A stretch of DNA of 64,000 nucleotides from an uncultured Sterolibacterium sp. GTDB lineage: Bacteria > Pseudomonadota > Gammaproteobacteria > Burkholderiales > Rhodocyclaceae. The stretch's first letter is position 1. Each line of letters opens with the position of its first letter. A program made the translations under genes and the position numbers. This document shows, piece after piece, positions 56,981-64,000 of the stretch. The notes beneath the pieces were generated by a model that was not told the DNA's origin, did no database searches, and saw nothing but the letters and a program-made list of their open reading frames with translations. The stretch is taken from the NCBI GenBank assembly GCA_964437515.1, contig CAYTHB010000005.1, positions 3,814-67,813 of the forward strand, in the 5' to 3' direction.

Positions 56981-59176
56981 TCAATAATCGTAAATCACAT
57001 CCACACCCAGCGTCCGGCGTTCGCCGTATTGCGCGCTCAGTCCGCCGCCGCCCAGATTGGTCGTCGCGCGACGGTATTCCTTGTCGGCCAGGTTTTTGCC
57101 CCATACGGCCACACGCAGCGTACCTTGCGGCAAGCGAATATCACCTAACTGAATACGTCCATCCCAGAGGCCATAGCCTTTGGTATACGTATCATGCGCC
57201 GGACCGGCGTAGAACGCGCTTTGCCATTTGTAGTCGAGGCTGGCCGTAAGTTTGCCATAGCTCATGCGCGCACCATCGTAACGCAGTCCTGCACCGGCCT
57301 GACCTTTCGGTGAATTGGGTAAATGGCGTTGCGCAGCAATATTGTTACCAAAGCGATCCGTATAGACCTGATATTCCGACTGCAACCAAGTGTAGAAAAC
57401 ATTGGCTGTCCAGCCTTGGGTCAAAAGGGCGTTCAATTCGACTTCCGCCCCCTGAATACGCGCTTTGCCAGCATTTACCGTATCGGTAAAGATGGGGATC
57501 GCCAGCTGTTGATCCACTTGCTGATTGGTATAGCGATTGACGAATGCAGCGGTATTGAAGCGCAGACGGCGATCCAGCAGATTGGTTTTCAAGCCGATTT
57601 CTGTGGATCGCACATTTTCCGGGTTGAAACCATTGCCGAAGCTGGAATAGGGGCTGCGCGTATTGAAGCCTCCGGCGCGATAACCGTTCGCCACTTTGGC
57701 ATAAGCGTTGATGTCATCCGTAAAGGCGTAATCCGCCGTATAGGTCGGGGTAAATTTGTTGAAGCTGCGATCGCCCACCACGGTAATGCCATTGGAAGTA
57801 GGGGCAAAGCCACTGGTGATGAAGTTTTTGCTTGCCATGCGTTGATCGTGTGTCTGACGAATTCCCACCGTCAATCGTAAGCGATCTTCCAGAACAGGGG
57901 GTTTCCATGTCGCCTGCCCGTACAGCGCGGTGGATTTCGATTCCGAATTCACCCGCCAGACATCCACCATTGAACCGCCATAATCGGATTTGATGAACTC
58001 ATCCGCACTTTCCTTGTAGTAAAACAGCCCGCCCACATATTCGAGGCGATGATCGAAGGCATCGCCAATCGCCTGAAACTCCTGCGAGAACTGATCCTGA
58101 CTCTGGTCACCCTTCTGGGTGAAGATGTCGATATAGCTCTGGCTCAGATTGTTGTTCATCTTTCGCCAGGCCGTAATTGACTTCAGGGTGATCGCATCCA
58201 GTGCCCAGCTCAAGGTCAGATTTTGACCATCAATCTTGGTCTGGCTGGGTGTTAGCCCCTTGGGAGTCAGGCTGTATTCCTGATGGCCATCCACGGCTTT
58301 GGGACCGCTGATCTTCTGGAAAAACACATTGCCATACGTCATTTTCGAATGATCGAAACTTAAATCGGCCTTGAAGTTATCAGTGGCCAGCAGGCGCACG
58401 GCCAATCGCGCGGCCTCATTGTCTTCTTCGTTGAAATCTGTCTGGTTCGGTAGCGTCGTATTCAGATTCTTGACCCAACCATCTTTGGATGAACGCAAAT
58501 AGGAAAAGCGCGTGTAGAGGGTTTCCGACAAAGGAGCATTGATGCGCGTCTTGCTGGCAAACTGCCCCCGGTTTCCTGCAGTGAGCGTCTGTTCGAAAGA
58601 AAAATCACGTTCTGGCTTGACGGTAATGAAGTTGATGGCACCCGCCGTTGTATTGCGGCCATAGAGCGTCCCCTGAGGGCCACGCAACACTTCGACCCGT
58701 TCCAGATCCGCAATATCCGATGCCAGCCCGACACTACGCCCCAGAGGAACACCATCGATGTAAATACTGAAGGCATTGTCTTTGGTGGATTGAGCATCGT
58801 TGTTGCTAAACCCACGGATGGACAGATTGGGTGCAGCGCGATTTCCGGTGAAAGGAACGATATTGACGGAGGGCAGCTTGTTGGTCATATCCATCAGGTT
58901 CTCGATGCGCATGACTTCCAGATCACGTGCCGTCAGTGCCGTAATGGCAATGGGCGTTTTCTGTAATGATTCCTTGCGCTTTTGTGCGGTGACGATGACT
59001 TCTTCAAGCTTGCTGCCGTCATTGCCGCCGGTCGGTCGGTCGGCCTTTTTGTCGCTTGCCGGAGCGAGTGTCTCGGCTTGCGCCATTCCGGCATAAGCAC
59101 CGATGACGCCGGCCAAAGCCAGTGTCATCACTGACAAGCTCATGTGTGTCGATGATGTAGATAAACGATGTCGCAT
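56981..59176 (-). CDS. TonB-dependent outer-membrane receptor
   Basis: 731 aa. Signal peptide, TonB-box/plug region (EEVIVTAQKRKESLQKTPIAITAL...VEVLRGPQGTLYGRNTTAGAINF), long beta-barrel. Confidence 0.9.
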   Translation of the reverse strand: MRHRLSTSSTHMSLSVMTLALAGVIGAYAGMAQAETLAPASDKKADRPTGGNDGSKLEEVIVTAQKRKESLQKTPIAITALTARDLEVMRIENLMDMTNKLPSVNIVPFTGNRAAPNLSIRGFSNNDAQSTKDNAFSIYIDGVPLGRSVGLASDIADLERVEVLRGPQGTLYGRNTTAGAINFITVKPERDFSFEQTLTAGNRGQFASKTRINAPLSETLYTRFSYLRSSKDGWVKNLNTTLPNQTDFNEEDNEAARLAVRLLATDNFKADLSFDHSKMTYGNVFFQKISGPKAVDGHQEYSLTPKGLTPSQTKIDGQNLTLSWALDAITLKSITAWRKMNNNLSQSYIDIFTQKGDQSQDQFSQEFQAIGDAFDHRLEYVGGLFYYKESADEFIKSDYGGSMVDVWRVNSESKSTALYGQATWKPPVLEDRLRLTVGIRQTHDQRMASKNFITSGFAPTSNGITVVGDRSFNKFTPTYTADYAFTDDINAYAKVANGYRAGGFNTRSPYSSFGNGFNPENVRSTEIGLKTNLLDRRLRFNTAAFVNRYTNQQVDQQLAIPIFTDTVNAGKARIQGAEVELNALLTQGWTANVFYTWLQSEYQVYTDRFGNNIAAQRHLPNSPKGQAGAGLRYDGARMSYGKLTASLDYKWQSAFYAGPAHDTYTKGYGLWDGRIQLGDIRLPQGTLRVAVWGKNLADKEYRRATTNLGGGGLSAQYGERRTLGVDVIYDY

Positions 59177-59287
59177 ACAATCTCCCCTTTGTCTTTAGTT
59201 TTAGATATGTCTGCTCAAAATCAGGAAAATCCTACCATATCGCGAGGGATACAATATGCTTTTTAAAAATAACAGAGAGGTATTTCC

Positions 59288-60103
59288 ATGACCGAACTCG
59301 ATATCAGTACCAAAAACTGCATCGTTGAAAAACACGGAAAAATTCTGATTGTGACACTCGCTCGCGTCGAAGCCAAAAACGCATTGACGCCCGCGATGTT
59401 GATCGGCATGTACAAAGCCTGGCGACTGCTCGACAGCGATGACGAACTGCTCTGTGCGGTACTCACCGGCAAGGGCGATACCTTTTGTGCCGGTATGGAT
59501 CTCAAAGCCGGGCCGGAAGGCGGTGAAGATGCCGACGAGATACGCCAACTGATGCAGGAAACGCCTGATCTGCACTGGCAGGCCTTGTTGCGTCACAATC
59601 AACCGATGAAGCCGGTGATCCTCGCCGTGGAAGGCTACGCGCTGGCGGGTGGCACGGAAATCCTGCAAGGCACTGACTTGCGCGTGGCCGCTGAGGATGC
59701 CACGCTAGGTATCACCGAAGTCCAACGCGGCCTGTTTCCGCTGGGCGGCTCGACGATCCGCCTGCGCCGCCAGATTCCCTACTGCCTCGCCGCTGAAATG
59801 CTGCTGCTTGGCCGCCACATCACCGCACAGGAAGCCTTGCGCTTCGGCCTCATCAATAAAATTGCGCCCAAAGGTCAGGCACTGACCGAAGCCCTGAAAA
59901 TGGCGCAACAGATTTGCGAAAACGGCCCTTTGTCGGTACGCGCCATCACCCGTTCCTTGCGCGAGAATGGTCATTGGCTAAGCGAACAGGAAGCCCTCGC
60001 TAATGAAGAAGTGCTCGGCTGGACTGTACTCGGCAGCAACGATGCAAAAGAAGGCATGCGCGCCTTCAAAGAAAAGCGCAAGGCGGTGTTTACTGGGACT
60101 TGA
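59288..60103 (+). CDS. Enoyl-CoA hydratase/isomerase (crotonase) family protein
   Basis: 271 aa. oxyanion-hole regions (FCAGMDLK, AVEGYALAGGTEIL). Confidence 0.88.
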   Translation: MTELDISTKNCIVEKHGKILIVTLARVEAKNALTPAMLIGMYKAWRLLDSDDELLCAVLTGKGDTFCAGMDLKAGPEGGEDADEIRQLMQETPDLHWQALLRHNQPMKPVILAVEGYALAGGTEILQGTDLRVAAEDATLGITEVQRGLFPLGGSTIRLRRQIPYCLAAEMLLLGRHITAQEALRFGLINKIAPKGQALTEALKMAQQICENGPLSVRAITRSLRENGHWLSEQEALANEEVLGWTVLGSNDAKEGMRAFKEKRKAVFTGT

Positions 60104-60253
60104 TTCGCCGCAACGCGGCGGATTTAGTCCCAGTTATGCCGGGACGGCGGATGGGACTTGATTCGCCGCAACGCGGCGGATTTAGTCCCAGTTATGCCGG
60201 GACGGCGGATGGGACTTGATTCGCCGCAACGCGGCGGATTTAGTCCCAGTTAT
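60095..60253. repeat. 58-bp tandem repeat, 2.7 units, each unit a strong hairpin
   Basis: Units start at 60095, 60153 and 60211. Unit GGGACTTGATTCGCCGCAACGCGGCGGATTTAGTCCCAGTTATGCCGGGACGGCGGAT. Internal stem GGGACT..TTCGCCGC-AAC-GCGGCGGA..AGTCCC. The first unit contains the hydratase stop codon. Degenerate similarity continues to about 60268. Confidence 0.9.
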
Positions 60254-60362
60254 GCCTGTACCGGCGCGGATTGTCTGGACACGGTTTTGCAACGCAGACC
60301 GACTTTTCATAGCCCTTTATATCGTCTAATATGCAGTTATAGTGAAATATAGACGAAATAAC

Positions 60363-61616
60363 ATGGCCTACCTTTCCCGCTCACTTGCCGCCTCCATCAC
60401 CACGGCCAGCCGCCAGTTTCCCGTATTGATGCTCACAGGCCCGCGTCAGGTGGGCAAGACCACCTTGCTGAAGTCCTTGTGCGAGAACGATGCCGCCCAG
60501 CCTGCACGCCGCTATGTCACGCTCGACAATCCGCTGATGCTGGCGTTGGCGCGCGAGGAACCGGCCTTGTTCTTGCAACGATTTCCGCCGCCGGTGCTGA
60601 TTGACGAAATTCAATACGCCCCCGGCTTGTTGCCGCTCATCAAGGAAGCGGTCGATGCCAGCGACAAAAAAGGGCAGTATTGGCTGACTGGTTCCCAGCC
60701 CTTTCACCTGATGCAGAACGTCGGCGAATCGCTGGCCGGGCGCGTGGCGGTGATGCATCTGCAAGGCTTGTCGCTGGGGGAAAGCCTGGGACACGGTGCG
60801 CGGCTGCATCCATTTCTGCCAGCAGGTTCTGAAACGGTTGCGCCAAGCGTGCTGGTTTCACCGCCTTCCGCGCCATTGAACTGGGTCTTCGAGCACATTT
60901 GGCACGGCAGCTTTCCAGCGCTCCATGTCAAAGATGCACCCGATCGCGACCTGTTTTACGCCTCCTATCTGCAAACCTATCTTCAGCGCGACGTGCGCGA
61001 TTTGGCGCACGTCGGCGATTTGACAGCATTTACCCGCTTTTTGCGCAGCGCCGCCGCGCGCACCGCCCAATTGCTCAACCTTGCCGATATGGCGCGTGAC
61101 GTGGGAGTGGTACCGAATACCGCCAAACACTGGCTTTCCATTCTTCAGGCCTCCGGCCTAGTCTGGCTGCTGGAGCCTTACCACACCAATCTCTCGAAAC
61201 GGCTGGTCAAAACCCCAAAGCTGTATTTCCTCGATACCGGGTTGGCCGCCTACCTCACCGAATGGAGCAGCCCCGCCACGCTGGAGGCGGGTGCCCTATC
61301 CGGTGCCATTTTTGAAACGTGGGTGCTGGGCGAAATGCTCAAAAGCTGGTGGCACCACGGCAAGCAAGCGCCGTTCTATTACTACCGCGACAAGGATCAG
61401 AAGGAGATCGACGTGCTGCTCGTGCGCGATGGGCGTGTGCATCCGGTCGAGATCAAGAAGACCGCGCAGCCGGGGCGGGAGGCAGTGCGGCATTTCTCGG
61501 TACTGGCAAACCACGAACTCGAAACGGGAGCTGGCACGGTGATCTGCCTTGTACCGGAACGACTACCGATCACAGCGCAGGTGGAAGCAATCCCCGCATG
61601 GCAGATCGGCGCGTAA
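60363..61616 (+). CDS. AAA-family ATPase with DUF4143 C-terminal domain
   Basis: Start at MAYLSRSL. Walker A TGPRQVGKTTL, Walker B VLIDEIQ. C-terminal KLYFLDTGL...EIDVLL typical of the AAA_14/DUF4143 family. Confidence 0.8.
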   Translation: MAYLSRSLAASITTASRQFPVLMLTGPRQVGKTTLLKSLCENDAAQPARRYVTLDNPLMLALAREEPALFLQRFPPPVLIDEIQYAPGLLPLIKEAVDASDKKGQYWLTGSQPFHLMQNVGESLAGRVAVMHLQGLSLGESLGHGARLHPFLPAGSETVAPSVLVSPPSAPLNWVFEHIWHGSFPALHVKDAPDRDLFYASYLQTYLQRDVRDLAHVGDLTAFTRFLRSAAARTAQLLNLADMARDVGVVPNTAKHWLSILQASGLVWLLEPYHTNLSKRLVKTPKLYFLDTGLAAYLTEWSSPATLEAGALSGAIFETWVLGEMLKSWWHHGKQAPFYYYRDKDQKEIDVLLVRDGRVHPVEIKKTAQPGREAVRHFSVLANHELETGAGTVICLVPERLPITAQVEAIPAWQIGA

Positions 61617-61632
61617 ATGGTTTGGTGAGAAT

Positions 61633-63342
61633 CTACCGTCCGGCCAGCGTGCGGCGGCCATTCAGTTTTTGCCATAGCCAGCCCGTACCGTGTTCACGAC
61701 CTTCCAGCACATATGACAACACATTGTCATTGAGCAGCGTCAGTTCCAGATGGTTGCGCTGGCCGCGAGGAGCGGCAAACAATAATTGATCTTCCGGGCA
61801 GAGTTGCTTGTCTAGGGCGGGCAGCCAATAAGATTGGCCTTCACGTTCGAGCAACAGGGGAATGATCGGCAGCGTGTGATGACGGTTTGTGTCGTTGCGT
61901 AATAATTCGCCCAAAGTGAGGGGCTGATTGTCTGCCAGATGATGATAGACAGCGCTGGCACTGCGTGCGTTCAAGCAGAGCCCCCAGACTTCTGGCACGC
62001 GATCATGGCAAATGGATTGCAGATGCGTCACGAGAGGTGCGTTCCAGTCCTCGTCGTGTTCGCGCAGATGCTGAAGAAAACGGGCTAGCAGGGGCGTGGT
62101 CAGGATGGCCAGGCATTCCTGTGCCACGATATGGCTGGGTACCATGCAAAAATCACCAATGAAGGCATCGAACAAAGTACTGTTGGCCGCCTTGTTCTGG
62201 CGCGTCACGATATACACCTCAGGGTGAAGCTCCCGTGCCGTAATGGCGATGGCAAGGTTGTTGATGTCGTCATCACTACCTGCGACGATGCCTTGCGCAG
62301 TTCGTATGCCGGCGCGTTCCAGGGTGGCCGCATCGGTGCCTGTGCCGCGAATACAGACATGATTCTCATGGGGGTTATCGATATGGGGGTCAATAATCAC
62401 GACGCTATTTCCGGTGGCTTCCAGATTACGTACCACCGCATGTCCAAAAATCCCATAGCCGCAGACAATCCATCGTCCTTTGGGAGGATTGTGGGTTTCG
62501 GGCAGTGATGTGCCGGGTAGCCCCGTCAATAACTCGACCAAGCGATAACGCGCGGGGGCTGCGGCCGCCAGTGAAAGGTATTCGGCAAAACGATCAAAGG
62601 GATTGATGACGTGATCCACGCCGAATGAAACCATATTGGCTGTAAGTGATGTGCTGCGAGCGCGTGCCAGCACGGGAATGACCGGATTGAGCAATCGCAC
62701 GGCCATGACGACGGCCAGGTTGGTGGACTCTTCATGCGTCAATGCCAGCACGCCGCGACACCACGGATGGCACAGCCCGGCCTTCAGGAGTTGTCCAGGC
62801 TGGCAGACATCTGCCATCAATGTCAGTGTGTCCGTGCGGTAATCTTCCAGTTCCAGTGCCTGTACCCGTGCTTCATCCTGTTCGACCACCACGAAGCGTT
62901 GATCCATGTGATCGAGTGCGCGGCACACCAGATGACCGGTTTCTCCGTAACCACAAATTAGATAGAAGGGTTCGCGTAAGCGATGTAGCCGACGCGCGAA
63001 GCGCCCTGCGACCAGTGCATTTTGAAAACCTTTGTCTTGCAGGCAGGCCAGCAGAGTGACAATGACAAATGACCAGCTGATGACGAGCAGATAGATGCAA
63101 GCGGTAATCCAGAGTCGCTGCGCATCGGAAAAACCGGTCACTGGTTCGGTGTAACCGATGGTGGTGGCCGTGTAGGTGATGAAATAAAAGGCGTGAAAAA
63201 AATCCAGCGGAGGGGCGGGATGACCGTTGACGTCGGCACCGGGGATCAGCGTCAGGCCCAATACAGCAATCGCGTGGCTGACGATGCCGAAAATCAAGGG
63301 TCCGCGCAGGCGGCGTAGCAGCAGGAAAATGACGCTGTTCAT
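61633..63342 (-). CDS. Two-TM pore-loop cation channel with two RCK/TrkA-N domains; non-canonical filter
   Basis: Start at MNSVIFLLL. Pore region FYFITYTATTIGYTEPV between two TM helices. Rossmann motifs ICGYGETGH and VCGYGIFGH. Confidence 0.72.
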   Translation of the reverse strand: MNSVIFLLLRRLRGPLIFGIVSHAIAVLGLTLIPGADVNGHPAPPLDFFHAFYFITYTATTIGYTEPVTGFSDAQRLWITACIYLLVISWSFVIVTLLACLQDKGFQNALVAGRFARRLHRLREPFYLICGYGETGHLVCRALDHMDQRFVVVEQDEARVQALELEDYRTDTLTLMADVCQPGQLLKAGLCHPWCRGVLALTHEESTNLAVVMAVRLLNPVIPVLARARSTSLTANMVSFGVDHVINPFDRFAEYLSLAAAAPARYRLVELLTGLPGTSLPETHNPPKGRWIVCGYGIFGHAVVRNLEATGNSVVIIDPHIDNPHENHVCIRGTGTDAATLERAGIRTAQGIVAGSDDDINNLAIAITARELHPEVYIVTRQNKAANSTLFDAFIGDFCMVPSHIVAQECLAILTTPLLARFLQHLREHDEDWNAPLVTHLQSICHDRVPEVWGLCLNARSASAVYHHLADNQPLTLGELLRNDTNRHHTLPIIPLLLEREGQSYWLPALDKQLCPEDQLLFAAPRGQRNHLELTLLNDNVLSYVLEGREHGTGWLWQKLNGRRTLAGR

Positions 63343-63358
63343 GATGAAGCCATCAGCC

Positions 63359-63742
63359 TCAGCGACGCAACATGACGGTTTCGGCAATCAGGATGATGAC
63401 GGAAATGATGTTGGCAAACAGCGCGCCACCTGACAATGAAACCACGCTGGCAGTGACATGGGGTGTCATGCCAATACCCAATCCATACAGCGCAACAGCC
63501 CAGGTGATCGCAGCCGCAATCAACTGAAGATCAGCGACCAGACTGGTGGCCAGATGAATGGCACCGATTTGGGTACGGTCGCCAAATTTGAGTGTGGTTG
63601 CAATGAAATTCACGACGATGGCGGCAAATAATTCGTACACATTGTGCAGTTCGGGGCGGTCGATGTCGCCCACAAAAAACCCAAAATTCAGGGTGGCGGC
63701 CAGTACGATGAAAAAACCAAACACCACTTTTTCGGAATTCAT
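63359..63742 (-). CDS. Small four-TM membrane protein, function unknown, upstream of the channel gene
   Basis: 127 aa, hydrophobic segments throughout. 16-nt gap to the channel start. Confidence 0.5.
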   Translation of the reverse strand: MNSEKVVFGFFIVLAATLNFGFFVGDIDRPELHNVYELFAAIVVNFIATTLKFGDRTQIGAIHLATSLVADLQLIAAAITWAVALYGLGIGMTPHVTASVVSLSGGALFANIISVIILIAETVMLRR

Positions 63743-63910
63743 GAGACATCCTTTCGGTTCATTGTGTCGTTGCGTCGTTCATCGGCAAGATCAGGAGACA
63801 TGCAGCCTGAATTCTGGATGCCCAATTCTACTGTGTGCGATATGCCGCTCGCGGGTTCGTGGCCGCTATAATGCGCGTTTTGCCATTCTGGCACCTTCTC
63901 GTACTGCCTC

Positions 63911-64000
63911 ATGACTTTCGATTCAAAAACCCATCTGACTGAATTGCTGGCGACCGCCTTGGCCAGTGTCGCTCCCGACTTGCGTGAGACGGCCATTCTG
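63911..64000 (+). CDS. 5' end of a CDS running out of the window (possibly arginine--tRNA ligase)
   Basis: ATG 63911 opens MTFDSKTHLTELLATALASVAPDLRETAIL. It resembles ArgS N-termini, but only 30 codons are visible. Confidence 0.3.
   Translation, partial: MTFDSKTHLTELLATALASVAPDLRETAIL

Noticed and set aside
60095-60268. Possible CRISPR array (regularly repeated 58-bp palindromic units).
   Set aside because: The units are directly contiguous with no unique spacers. There are only 2.7 copies, no cas genes and no leader. This is a tandem REP-like repeat.

Overview
64-kb chromosomal window from a moderately GC-rich proteobacterium. Gene content and order look most like Betaproteobacteria, but this is a low-confidence taxonomic guess made from synteny only. 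It is mostly housekeeping sequence. From left to right: an origin-proximal block mnmG(partial)-rsmG-parA-parB; a minus-strand rsmB-DUF4390-ntrY-ntrX block; hemE and priA; zapA plus a candidate 6S RNA; rapZ, apaG, prmC-prfA-hemA, miaB; an OMF-emrA-emrB efflux operon; aroK-aroB-dgt. Accessory content sits between these blocks. (1) A roughly 154-nt structured intergenic element is present in six copies, all on the same strand, each with TTAG/TTAA at both junctions. Two copies carry an identical nested 70-nt double-hairpin insert. (2) A decayed type III-like restriction-modification locus (both Mod and Res internally deleted) retains intact DUF1016/YhcG and RhuM passenger genes and is bracketed by two direct copies of that element. 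(3) A 12-kb same-strand cluster holds two tandem DUF1302/DUF1329 envelope gene pairs, a Crp-family regulator, a secreted FecR-domain protein and a CHASE2 class III nucleotide cyclase. CRP-type palindromes lie in two of its promoter regions. This is my best candidate for an undescribed functional system. (4) A third, about 89 percent identical DUF1329 paralog lies inverted 31 kb away, next to a TonB-dependent receptor. (5) Several local repeat structures occur: a perfect 46-bp inverted repeat with iteron-like direct repeats, and 58-bp, 10-bp and 7-bp tandem arrays. (6) A DnaA-box cluster lies between hemE and priA. (7) A two-RCK channel has a non-canonical GYT pore filter. I saw no rRNA, tRNA, CRISPR array, integrase or transposase gene. 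Internal start codons were placed by codon arithmetic from the supplied ORF track. All homology calls come from recognised motifs and synteny, not from database searches.
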